A stretch of DNA of 40,657 nt, taken from the NCBI GenBank assembly GCA_963923155.1, contig CAWULI010000001.1, positions 1 through 40,657 on the forward strand, written 5' to 3'. Shown here piece by piece: positions 8,822 through 16,839 of the stretch. Within the stretch, counting starts at the first letter, position 1; each line of letters begins with the position of its first letter. The stretch is from an uncultured bacterium (GTDB lineage: Bacteria > Actinomycetota > Actinomycetes > Nanopelagicales > Nanopelagicaceae). Below the pieces are notes generated by a model. That model was given only the letters and a program-made list of their open reading frames with translations. It searched no databases and had not been told where the DNA came from. The translations under genes were made by a program, and so were the position numbers.

Positions 8822-9424
8822 TCAAGTCAATAATTCATTCAGATTCGAAGAGGTATCGTTAACCTTAACTACCCGAAAATCACGGCCTTTAATATCGACA
8901 ACACTTACGCTGGCATTAGAAATTTGAATCTTATCGATATTGTTTAGGTGTGTGCCGAGGGCGTGCAATATTAGAACCTTGACCACATCAGCATGAGTGG
9001 AAATTAGGATATTTTTCTTTTTCTGATCGACGTGTATGTCTAAGCCTAATAATGCCCTGGTCTGTACCTCAGGAAGGGTTTCGCCATTCGGAAATCTAAC
9101 CGAAGCGGGATACTTGTGGATCTCTTGCCAAGATCTATTTCTAGAAAGAGAGGACATCCGTTTGCCCGTCCAATCACCATAATCAACCTCTTGAAATTCT
9201 GGAACAATCTTTGGTGATGGAGTGAGGTTGGTTATAGTTTCGATACAACGTTGAATCGGACTCGAAAGTATCTGGTCGAATTTAACGTCTTGGAATCTTC
9301 TCTCTAGCTCTGCTCGCTCTGCCAAACCTTTTTTGGAGAGAGCAACGCCAGCCATTCGCCCGGCCAAAATACCTTTTTCATTCGCGATTGATTGTGCATG
9401 GCGTAATAAAAATATTCGAGACAT
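8822..9424 (-). CDS. Histidine phosphatase (phosphoglycerate-mutase-like) family protein, MSMEG_4193-type
   Basis: A 200 aa protein with an N-terminal catalytic motif (LLRHAQSIAN) and a second His region (ISTHADV). Confidence 0.8.
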   Translation of the reverse strand: MSRIFLLRHAQSIANEKGILAGRMAGVALSKKGLAERAELERRFQDVKFDQILSSPIQRCIETITNLTPSPKIVPEFQEVDYGDWTGKRMSSLSRNRSWQEIHKYPASVRFPNGETLPEVQTRALLGLDIHVDQKKKNILISTHADVVKVLILHALGTHLNNIDKIQISNASVSVVDIKGRDFRVVKVNDTSSNLNELLT

Positions 9425-9473
9425 GAGGGTGAAAGGTTAATGCAAGTTAGGCTTACTCGTTTAAGGTCGCATC

Positions 9474-10421
9474 ATGGAATTACGTAAGGCCGGCGCAACT
9501 GGCTTATCACTCTCAAGATTGGGACTAGGCACCATGACCTGGGGACGTGACACGGACGAACATGAGGCAGCTGACCAAGCCCGCGCATTTCTGGAGGCGG
9601 GTGGTAATTTCATAGATACCGCCGCTGTTTATGGCAATGGCGATTCCGAAAAGGTAGTTGGTGGATTGATTGGATCACTCTTCAAAAGAAATGAGATGGT
9701 CATTGCCACTAAAGCTGGTATCACTATTCAAGATGGAATTCGCACGGTTAACACTTCGCGAAACGCACTACTAAACGAATTGGATAACTCTTTAAAGCGA
9801 CTTGGTACAGATTATGTCGATTTATGGCAAGTGCACACTTGGGATGACGAGACTCCTTTGGATGACACACTTACTGCGCTCGATACCGCTTTTCAGTCAG
9901 GACGCGCCAGATATGTTGGAATAAGCAATTATTCAGGTTGGCAGAGCGCACGAGCGATTACGAAACAAGAGCTAGTTGCAACCAAAGCTCCCATAGCTAC
10001 CACTCAGAACGAATATTCACTACTAAATCGTGAAGTGGAGAACGAGGTATTGCCTTGTTCGAAAGCGCTAAATATTGGATTTCTAGCTTGGTCTCCGCTT
10101 GGTCGCGGCGTATTAACTGGCAAATATCGATTAGGCACACCTTCGGATTCCCGCGGTGCCAGCCCACATTTTGCTGGATTCGTAGAGCCGTATTTGGATG
10201 AAAGATCCAACCGAATAGTTGAAGCGGTTCAAGTTGCAGCAGATGGTTTGGGATATTCGCCCTTAGAAGTTGCACTTGCCTGGGTGCGTGATGCTTCCGG
10301 AGTGACCAGCGCCATTGTTGGTGCACGCACTGGTGCACAACTACGCGGAATTCTCCGAAGCGAAGAGATCACGCTACCTCAGGTAGTTCGTGATGCGTTA
10401 AACGATGTTAGTAGTTATTAA
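9474..10421 (+). CDS. Aldo/keto reductase
   Basis: A 315 aa protein with AKR hallmarks: GLGTMTWG, FIDTAAVYG, DLWQVHTWD and ISNYSGWQ. Confidence 0.85.
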   Translation: MELRKAGATGLSLSRLGLGTMTWGRDTDEHEAADQARAFLEAGGNFIDTAAVYGNGDSEKVVGGLIGSLFKRNEMVIATKAGITIQDGIRTVNTSRNALLNELDNSLKRLGTDYVDLWQVHTWDDETPLDDTLTALDTAFQSGRARYVGISNYSGWQSARAITKQELVATKAPIATTQNEYSLLNREVENEVLPCSKALNIGFLAWSPLGRGVLTGKYRLGTPSDSRGASPHFAGFVEPYLDERSNRIVEAVQVAADGLGYSPLEVALAWVRDASGVTSAIVGARTGAQLRGILRSEEITLPQVVRDALNDVSSY

Positions 10422-11710
10422 CTATTTAACAAGCAATCTTGAAGTGAATTAACTCCAAATTCAAGAGACTCCAAAGGTACTCTTTCATCAACTCCATGAA
10501 ATAACGCCATGAAATCAAGATCTGCAGGTAGTTTCAGCGGCGAATATCCATATCCGACTATTCCAAGATCGCTCAGGGCTTTGTTATCAGTTCCACCACT
10601 CATGAGATAAGGAACGGGTAGCGCTTCTGGATCCAATTTGAGAATCGCGCTCTTCATCGCTTCGACTAACGGTCCTTCAAATGGTGCTTCTAAAGCCTTA
10701 TCTCTAGTCATTATTTCGACTTGAATATCTGGACCAACTATTTCCTTAATGGTAGAAAGTAGGGCTGCTTCATGTCCAGGAAGGAAGCGCCCGTCGACCA
10801 CCGCATGAGCTTCACGTGGAATAACATTTGTTTTATATCCAGCTTCTAGCATCGTGGGATTTGCCGTGTTTTGCAACGTCGCGGCAATCATGCGGGCCAC
10901 GCTTGGAATCTCAACCAGGAACTCTCGATAATCCGAACCAAGCGGCTTTCCCAGAGCTTGTGAAATACCCTTAAACAAATCTTGTGCGGCCGCGGTATAG
11001 GTTTGCGGCCATTGATAATTTCCAATTTTTGCGATCGCTTCAGAGATTCTAGTGACGGGATTTTCATTGTTAATGAAAGAGCCGTGCCCTGCCTGTCCAA
11101 CGGCAGTCAATTTCATCCAGTTGATACCTTTTTCAGCAGTTTCGATCATATAAATACGTTTACCGTTTGCGAGTGTCACTGAATAACCACCGCACTCAGA
11201 GATGGCTTGATTGCAATTTGCGAAAACTTCTGGATGTTCTTTTACCATCCATCTTGAACCATAAATCGAACCAGCTTCTTCATCCGCGAAGAATGCTAAG
11301 ACAATATTACGTGGAGGTTTGATGCCATTGCGGGCCCAATGTCTAACGATGGCAAGAATCATCGCATCCATGTTCTTCATGTCGACCGCCCCGCGACCCC
11401 AAATCGCCCCATCTTTGATATCCGCTCCGAATGGATCAACACTCCACTCATCTGCTGCAACTGGAACTACATCCAAATGACCATGAAGCACCAACCCTGG
11501 TCTGGAAGTATCAACGCCTTCGATATTGGCAATCACATTGCAGCGATTTGGAGCGGATTCGTAAATTTTCGATGTGATGCCAACTTCGGCTAAAGATGCG
11601 ACAACATACTCTGCAACTGCTTTTTCGTCACCCTTTCCATCTCCGTAATTAACACTTGGTATACGGATTAGTTCCTGGCAGATCTTGATGGCATCTTCAA
11701 TGATATTCAT
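10418..11710 (-). CDS. M20/M25/M40 family metallo-hydrolase (DapE/ArgE-like dipeptidase)
   Basis: A 430 aa protein with metal-ligand motifs HGHLDVVP, GRGAVDMKN and FFADEEAGS. Confidence 0.85.
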   Translation of the reverse strand: MNIIEDAIKICQELIRIPSVNYGDGKGDEKAVAEYVVASLAEVGITSKIYESAPNRCNVIANIEGVDTSRPGLVLHGHLDVVPVAADEWSVDPFGADIKDGAIWGRGAVDMKNMDAMILAIVRHWARNGIKPPRNIVLAFFADEEAGSIYGSRWMVKEHPEVFANCNQAISECGGYSVTLANGKRIYMIETAEKGINWMKLTAVGQAGHGSFINNENPVTRISEAIAKIGNYQWPQTYTAAAQDLFKGISQALGKPLGSDYREFLVEIPSVARMIAATLQNTANPTMLEAGYKTNVIPREAHAVVDGRFLPGHEAALLSTIKEIVGPDIQVEIMTRDKALEAPFEGPLVEAMKSAILKLDPEALPVPYLMSGGTDNKALSDLGIVGYGYSPLKLPADLDFMALFHGVDERVPLESLEFGVNSLQDCLLNS

Positions 11711-11811
11711 ATCTAGATTCTCTCGTACAAGAGCCCCGTTAGGCTAATAATCTTCCTGCTCAAATTGGGTTTTTCGGCTATCTGGCTGTGAAGTAAACTT
11801 TCCCGGCTAAC

Positions 11812-11895
11812 GTCCGGGTGGCGAAATTGGTAGACGCGCAAGCTTGAGGTGCTTGTGGCCGCAAGGCCTTAGGGGTTCAAGTCCCCTTTCGGACA
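11812..11895 (+). tRNA. tRNA-Leu (anticodon GAG), class II with a long variable arm; CCA is not encoded
   Basis: I hand-folded it. The acceptor stem is GTCCGGG/TTCGGAC with two G-T pairs. The anticodon stem is CAAGC/GCTTG with loop TTGAGGT. A variable arm GGCCGCAAGGCC and a T arm AGGGG-TTCAAGT-CCCCT follow, with discriminator A. Confidence 0.9.
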
Positions 11896-11899
11896 CTCC

Positions 11900-11921
11900 T
11901 TACATTGATTTTACATTGATT
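11900..11921. repeat. Perfect tandem duplication of an 11-bp unit (TTACATTGATT x2), starting 5 nt after the tRNA-Leu 3' end
   Basis: Read directly from the sequence: 11900-11910 and 11911-11921 are identical. Confidence 0.9.
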
Positions 11922-11987
11922 AGAAGTAATTTTTGTAAATTTATTGGATTTTCCACTGTTATGCAAACAGTTCACTAAGTTAGCCCT

Positions 11988-12515
11988 ATGGAAATTGCGC
12001 AGATTCGCTCATTAATTAGAGATATCCCCGATTACCCCTCGCCCGGAATCTTATTCCGCGATATCACACCACTTTTGAGAGATGGCAACGCTTTAAGTGC
12101 GGTTGCGGATTTGATGGGTGCGAAAGATCCTTCTGCCGATTTAATCGCCGGTATCGAAGCGCGGGGTTTCTTCTTTGCAGCTGCCATCGGTGTACAAAGT
12201 AAACGTGGAGTCGTACCAATTCGTAAGAAAGGAAAGTTGCCTCATTTAGTACATCGAGAAGAATATGGGCTTGAATACGGTAGCGATGTAATTGAGATAC
12301 ATAAAGATGCGGCAAATCCAGGCGAAAAAGTCCTATTAGTTGACGACGTCTTAGCAACTGGTGGAACCCTGGCTGCAGCAATCAAGTTAATTCAAAAAAC
12401 TGGTGCTTCGGTCACAAGTGTTGCAGTTTTACTTGAGATTGCCGCTTTGGGCGGGCGGGTAAAACTAGAAGAACTGTTTCCTGGTATTGAGATAAACGCA
12501 ATCTTTCAAGTTTAG
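11988..12515 (+). CDS. apt: Adenine phosphoribosyltransferase
   Basis: A 175 aa protein with the PRPP-binding motif VLLVDDVLATGGT and an Apt-like N-terminus (IRDIPDYPSPGILFRDITPLL). Confidence 0.9.
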   Translation: MEIAQIRSLIRDIPDYPSPGILFRDITPLLRDGNALSAVADLMGAKDPSADLIAGIEARGFFFAAAIGVQSKRGVVPIRKKGKLPHLVHREEYGLEYGSDVIEIHKDAANPGEKVLLVDDVLATGGTLAAAIKLIQKTGASVTSVAVLLEIAALGGRVKLEELFPGIEINAIFQV

Positions 12516-12525
12516 ATTTTTACTG

Positions 12526-14262
12526 TTGCAACGGTCAAAACAGATACAAGGTCTTCGCGCGATAGCGGTTGGACTTGTTTTGCTCTTTCATGCCGGTTGG
12601 TTACCAGGTGGATATATCGGTGTAGATGTCTTCTATGTAATCTCAGGATATTTAATCACCGGTCTAATTTTGCGGGAGGAAAACTTCTCTTTCGCCAATT
12701 TCTATGCGCGTAGGGCCAAGCGGCTGTTGCCGGCTTCGTTTCTGGTACTTACTGTCACTTCCATTTCATTTTGGTTTCTTGCCCCAGTTATATCAAGAGC
12801 ACAATACTCGAAGGATCTTCTGGCCAGCACTTGGTATATATCAAATTATCTGTACGCCCATTGGCAGAATGACTATCAGAATCTCGGCGCGGTCCCCTCA
12901 CCATTAATCCATTTCTGGTCTCTAGCTGTTGAAGAGCAGTTCTACCTATTCTGGCCGATGCTCTTAATAGTTTTCAAAAAGCGATTGAAATTAACCGTCG
13001 TCACAATAACAAGTCTCTCTTTCTTCGCCTCACTAGTTTTAATTGCGCACTCGCCGATTTTTGCTTTCTATTCCTTACCAACCAGAGCTTTTGAATTAGG
13101 TTTTGGAGCACTTTTAAATTTCTTTTCTAAATCATCATCCTCCAGGAGATTCTCTGCTTGGCCAGGTCTCTTCGCGATATTTCTCTCCGGATTCATTTTT
13201 AATAGCCATACCTCATTTCCTGGTTTCCCAGCTCTTCTGCCAATGATTGGCGCAGGGCTAGTTATTTATTCTCATAATTCAAATCATTTTCTGGAAAATT
13301 CTGTTCTACAAAAGTTGGGCGATTGGTCCTATTCGATCTACCTATGGCATTGGCCGATTTTGATATTGCCAACCCTCTATTTCCAGCGAGAATTGAAATT
13401 AGATGAGAAATTACTCTGTTTGGCTATATGCATCATCTTATCCGCTGCAACGTACAAATTTTTCGAAAATCCAATCAGAAAGGCGCAATTTTCGAGAAGA
13501 AAAATCGCTTCATTTGCTCTTTTATCGGGGCTTGCTTTATCTGGGTTTGCATTTGTATTGAATGCAAATAGCGCTTCCTCTTTGGATCTCAAAACGATAA
13601 AGCAGCAACCGAAAATTTATGCAGATGGTTGCCAATTAGACAAACAAGCGACGACTCCAAAAGCCACCTGCATTTATGGAGATTCATCCGCTAATAGATC
13701 GATAGTGCTCTTTGGTGATTCACATGCAGCTCAATGGTTCCCCGCAATTGATAGCTGGGCTAAGGCCAAGAATTATCGATTAATTGTGATGACCAAATCC
13801 AGTTGCCCAGCAATTGCACTTCCTTTGAAGGATAGTGGAGCTTTTAAAGCAAAGCTTTGTGAGAAGTTCCGGGCTAACGCACTTGAAGACATTAAAAAGC
13901 TTAAACCAGCTCTAGTTATAGTAGGGAATTTCGAACATTATGATGGCACCAAACCTAAAGACTTTTACAATTCATATTTTCCATTTAGGCATCTTTTGAT
14001 TAGAGACACCCCTTGGCCAAATCGTGATATTCCAAGTTGTTTAACCACGAAACAGCAATGCGATACGACACGTCCAATCACGATTCCATATAAGAGTTCT
14101 GCGATTTTCGATCCAAGACCGTATCTCTGTGACGCCAAGAAGTGTCCAGCAATGGTTGATGGTTTGGTTGCCTATCGAGACCAGTCTCACATCACCGTTG
14201 CTATGGCCATACATTTAGCAGGCCGACTCGGAAGGAAAATAGATGCTCTCGTGGCAGGATAG
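12526..14262 (+). CDS. Acyltransferase family 3 (AT3) membrane protein with a C-terminal SGNH domain (OafA/YrhL-like O-acyltransferase)
   Basis: A 578 aa protein starting at TTG. The N-terminus (GLRAIAVGLVLLFHAGW) is followed by roughly 10 hydrophobic segments. The C-terminal half carries VLFGDSHAAQW (SGNH block I). Confidence 0.8.
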   Translation: MQRSKQIQGLRAIAVGLVLLFHAGWLPGGYIGVDVFYVISGYLITGLILREENFSFANFYARRAKRLLPASFLVLTVTSISFWFLAPVISRAQYSKDLLASTWYISNYLYAHWQNDYQNLGAVPSPLIHFWSLAVEEQFYLFWPMLLIVFKKRLKLTVVTITSLSFFASLVLIAHSPIFAFYSLPTRAFELGFGALLNFFSKSSSSRRFSAWPGLFAIFLSGFIFNSHTSFPGFPALLPMIGAGLVIYSHNSNHFLENSVLQKLGDWSYSIYLWHWPILILPTLYFQRELKLDEKLLCLAICIILSAATYKFFENPIRKAQFSRRKIASFALLSGLALSGFAFVLNANSASSLDLKTIKQQPKIYADGCQLDKQATTPKATCIYGDSSANRSIVLFGDSHAAQWFPAIDSWAKAKNYRLIVMTKSSCPAIALPLKDSGAFKAKLCEKFRANALEDIKKLKPALVIVGNFEHYDGTKPKDFYNSYFPFRHLLIRDTPWPNRDIPSCLTTKQQCDTTRPITIPYKSSAIFDPRPYLCDAKKCPAMVDGLVAYRDQSHITVAMAIHLAGRLGRKIDALVAG

Positions 14263-14267
14263 CGCTC

Positions 14268-14924
14268 ATGGCTGAATTGGTTTATTACTGCGGAACCATG
14301 GATTCTGGAAAATCCACATTGGCTTTGCAAACAGTTCATAATCATGAATCCCGTGGCCGAAATGGTTTGATCTTCACAAATCGTGATCGCAACGGAGAAG
14401 GTTGGATTAGCTCTAGATTGGGGCTACAAAAGAGCGCTATCGAGGTTGATACTGATCTAAATATCCATCGTCTTACTATCGAAAGAATGTCGCTTGGCGA
14501 GAGAATCGATTTCATCATTTGCGATGAGGCCCAGTTCTACTCCGAGAAACAGATTGAAGAGTTAGCCATGATTGTCGATGGCCTCGGCATCGATGTTTAT
14601 GCTTTCGGTTTGTTATCGGATTTTCGTACAAAACTCTTTCCTGGTTCTCAGCGATTAATTGAATTGGCTGATCGTGTAGAACCTTTACAGGTTAAAGCGC
14701 TTTGTTGGTGCGGTGAAGAAGCAACGCATAATGCCCGTGTGGTCAATGGTGAAATGGTTACCGAAGGCGCACAAGTTGTGGTCGGAGATACCGCCACTAG
14801 TGGACAAGGTAAGCATGAAGTTACTTATGAAGTCCTCTGCCGGCGACATCACATGAGAAAGATTAACGCGCGCGCTTCGCAAGCCACACATCAATCCACT
14901 CCAACGCTTCCATTTCAAGAGTAA
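14268..14924 (+). CDS. tdk: Thymidine kinase
   Basis: It has a P-loop (GTMDSGKST), a Walker B-like motif (IICDEAQF) and zinc-ribbon cysteines (CWCG ... CRRHH). Confidence 0.9.
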   Translation: MAELVYYCGTMDSGKSTLALQTVHNHESRGRNGLIFTNRDRNGEGWISSRLGLQKSAIEVDTDLNIHRLTIERMSLGERIDFIICDEAQFYSEKQIEELAMIVDGLGIDVYAFGLLSDFRTKLFPGSQRLIELADRVEPLQVKALCWCGEEATHNARVVNGEMVTEGAQVVVGDTATSGQGKHEVTYEVLCRRHHMRKINARASQATHQSTPTLPFQE

Positions 14925-14974
14925 TCAAGAGTAAATAAGAGTAAATAAGAGTAAATAAGAGTAAATAAGAGTAA
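14915..14974. repeat. Six-copy 10-bp tandem repeat (2x TCAAGAGTAA + 4x ATAAGAGTAA). The first copy contains the tdk stop codon.
   Basis: Read directly from the sequence. Copies start at 14915, 14925, 14935, 14945, 14955 and 14965, followed by a degenerate AGAAG. Each unit carries a TAA, so all three frames are closed twice. Confidence 0.95.
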
Positions 14975-14997
14975 AGAAGCATGAGATCGGAGATTAA

Positions 14998-16038
14998 TTG
15001 AAAGTCAAAGGGCTGGCTGCTTTAAAATCTGGTGGACCACTAGAACCATTCAATTTCGAACGTAGAACGACTGGTCCTAAAGATGTTGCTTTTAAGATAA
15101 CTCATGCAGGAATTTGCCACTCAGATATCCACCAAGTTCGCGAAGAGTGGGGGCCGGCGCTCTTTCCAATGGTTCCGGGTCACGAGATCGTAGGCCTAGT
15201 AACTGAAGTGGGCGATGCAGTTAGTAAATTTGAAGTGGGCGACCGTATTGGAGTTGGTGTCTTTATTGACTCTTGTCGCGAATGTGAACCTTGCTTGAAT
15301 GGTCAGCAGAATTACTGTGATAAAGGAATGACTGGCACATATAACGGATACGAACGGGATGGCAAGACAATCGCATTTGGTGGATATTCCACCGGATTCG
15401 TGATTAACGAGGATTACGCGGTTTCGATTCCAAAAAATTTGGATATGGCTGGAGTTGCTCCGCTGCTTTGTGCCGGCATAACCCTTTACTCACCTATCCG
15501 ACATTTCAATGTTAACAAAGAATCCAAGGTTGCCGTAATGGGGTTAGGCGGCCTCGGTCATATGGGAGTTAAATTTGCCAATGCCTTGGGTGCCCAGGTG
15601 ACAGTGCTTTCGCATAGCGAGAGCAAGCGAGATGATGCTCTTCGCATGGGAGCAAACGAGTTCTATGTAATTAAGTCAGCAGATGACCTGAAACCTTTGC
15701 GTAGGAGATTTGATTTAATCCTAAATACTGTATCTGCACTTATCGATATCAATCCTTATTTAGGCACTCTAAAAATCGATGGAACCATGGTGATTATCGG
15801 TCTGCCAGATCAACCTTATAAAGTAAACGCTGGCGCCCTTCTTGATGGGCGTAAGTCACTCACTGGTTCCATGATTGGTGGCATGCCGGAGTTGCAAGAG
15901 ATGCTCGATTTTGCCGGAAAACATAACATCGTCAGTGATGTTGAAGTTATTTCGGCTGAATATGCCAACACGGCCTACAATCGCACCGTAGCAAGTGATG
16001 TTAAATACCGTTTCGTAATTGATGCTGCTACTTTCTAA
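14998..16038 (+). CDS. Zinc-dependent NAD(P)-alcohol dehydrogenase (cinnamyl-ADH/YahK-like)
   Basis: Motifs are GICHSD, GHEIVG, a structural-Zn cysteine cluster (CRECEPCLNGQQNYC) and a Rossmann GLGGLGH. The start is TTG, with GGAG 5 nt upstream. Confidence 0.85.
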   Translation: MKVKGLAALKSGGPLEPFNFERRTTGPKDVAFKITHAGICHSDIHQVREEWGPALFPMVPGHEIVGLVTEVGDAVSKFEVGDRIGVGVFIDSCRECEPCLNGQQNYCDKGMTGTYNGYERDGKTIAFGGYSTGFVINEDYAVSIPKNLDMAGVAPLLCAGITLYSPIRHFNVNKESKVAVMGLGGLGHMGVKFANALGAQVTVLSHSESKRDDALRMGANEFYVIKSADDLKPLRRRFDLILNTVSALIDINPYLGTLKIDGTMVIIGLPDQPYKVNAGALLDGRKSLTGSMIGGMPELQEMLDFAGKHNIVSDVEVISAEYANTAYNRTVASDVKYRFVIDAATF

Positions 16039-16056
16039 CTTAAAGGCTAAATAACT

Positions 16057-16809
16057 TTAAACAAAGTTATGGAACAACAGCGCAATTAAGGGGGCGAAAA
16101 AGAGCGCAGGTAAAAGATTTCCTATCGCGATGCTTTTGATTTTCAGCAGACGTAATGCGATACCTAATAACATCAATCCGCCCACAATAGTCATTGCATC
16201 TACTTGATATGGTTGCATGATATTGCCTAGGAATACCCCAACGAGCGTCCAAGCTCCTTGATACAAGGCAACTGGTATAGCGGATGCTGCAACTCCCCAA
16301 CCAAGCGTTGATGCGAAAGCCATGGCCGCGAATCCATCGAGGGTAGATTTCAAGGTTAGTTGATCGATACCAGTTCCCATGCCATCACTTATAGATCCTA
16401 AGATGGCCAAAGGACCAATCACGAAAAGAAGAGAAGCATCGAGAAATCCCTCTACGAAACTCCCCTGATTAGAACGAAATTTAATTTTAAGCAATTTGCC
16501 AAGATTTTCAAATCGATCCTCTAATTTAAAGGCCGAACCTATAAGACCTCCCGCTAATAATGCAATTAGGATCGGGATTGTCGACCAACCAGTTGGTATC
16601 GCATCAAGAAATTGCCTTTTAAATAGCGGGATAATCGAAGCACTAGCTCCTAATAAAGTGACTAGACCGAGGACATCAGTTATCAAATCACGAGTTCGAG
16701 GTCTAAGAGATTCTCCAAGAAAGACTCCGATACTTGCACCAAAGATTATTGTGGTTGCATTTAAAACTGTTCCGACTCCATGAAAATTTATAATCGAATT
16801 GGAACTCAT
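16057..16809 (-). CDS. DUF554-family integral membrane protein (YqgA/YdfK-like)
   Basis: A 250 aa glycine-rich polytopic protein. Its N-terminus (GTVLNATTIIFGASIGVFLG) is typical of DUF554. Confidence 0.65.
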   Translation of the reverse strand: MSSNSIINFHGVGTVLNATTIIFGASIGVFLGESLRPRTRDLITDVLGLVTLLGASASIIPLFKRQFLDAIPTGWSTIPILIALLAGGLIGSAFKLEDRFENLGKLLKIKFRSNQGSFVEGFLDASLLFVIGPLAILGSISDGMGTGIDQLTLKSTLDGFAAMAFASTLGWGVAASAIPVALYQGAWTLVGVFLGNIMQPYQVDAMTIVGGLMLLGIALRLLKIKSIAIGNLLPALFFAPLIALLFHNFV

Positions 16810-16839
16810 GTGCGTAAGGGTAACTGATAATCTTCGTCG

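Noticed and set aside
11812-12000. A genomic island or prophage integration at tRNA-Leu
   Set aside because: No integrase, excisionase, transposase or phage-like gene follows the tRNA, and I found no copy of the tRNA 3' end downstream by eye. Only the short 11-bp duplication is present, and it is reported separately at low interest.
14915-14974. The tandem repeat considered as a CRISPR array or other spaced-repeat element
   Set aside because: The units are only 10 bp and directly adjacent with no spacers, and there are no cas genes in the window. It is a simple tandem repeat.
16039-16056. A possible terminator between the convergent ADH and DUF554 genes
   Set aside because: Only a 6-bp AT-rich inverted repeat (AACTTT/AAAGTT) is present. 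It partly lies inside the DUF554 coding end and has no U-tract, so it is too weak to call.
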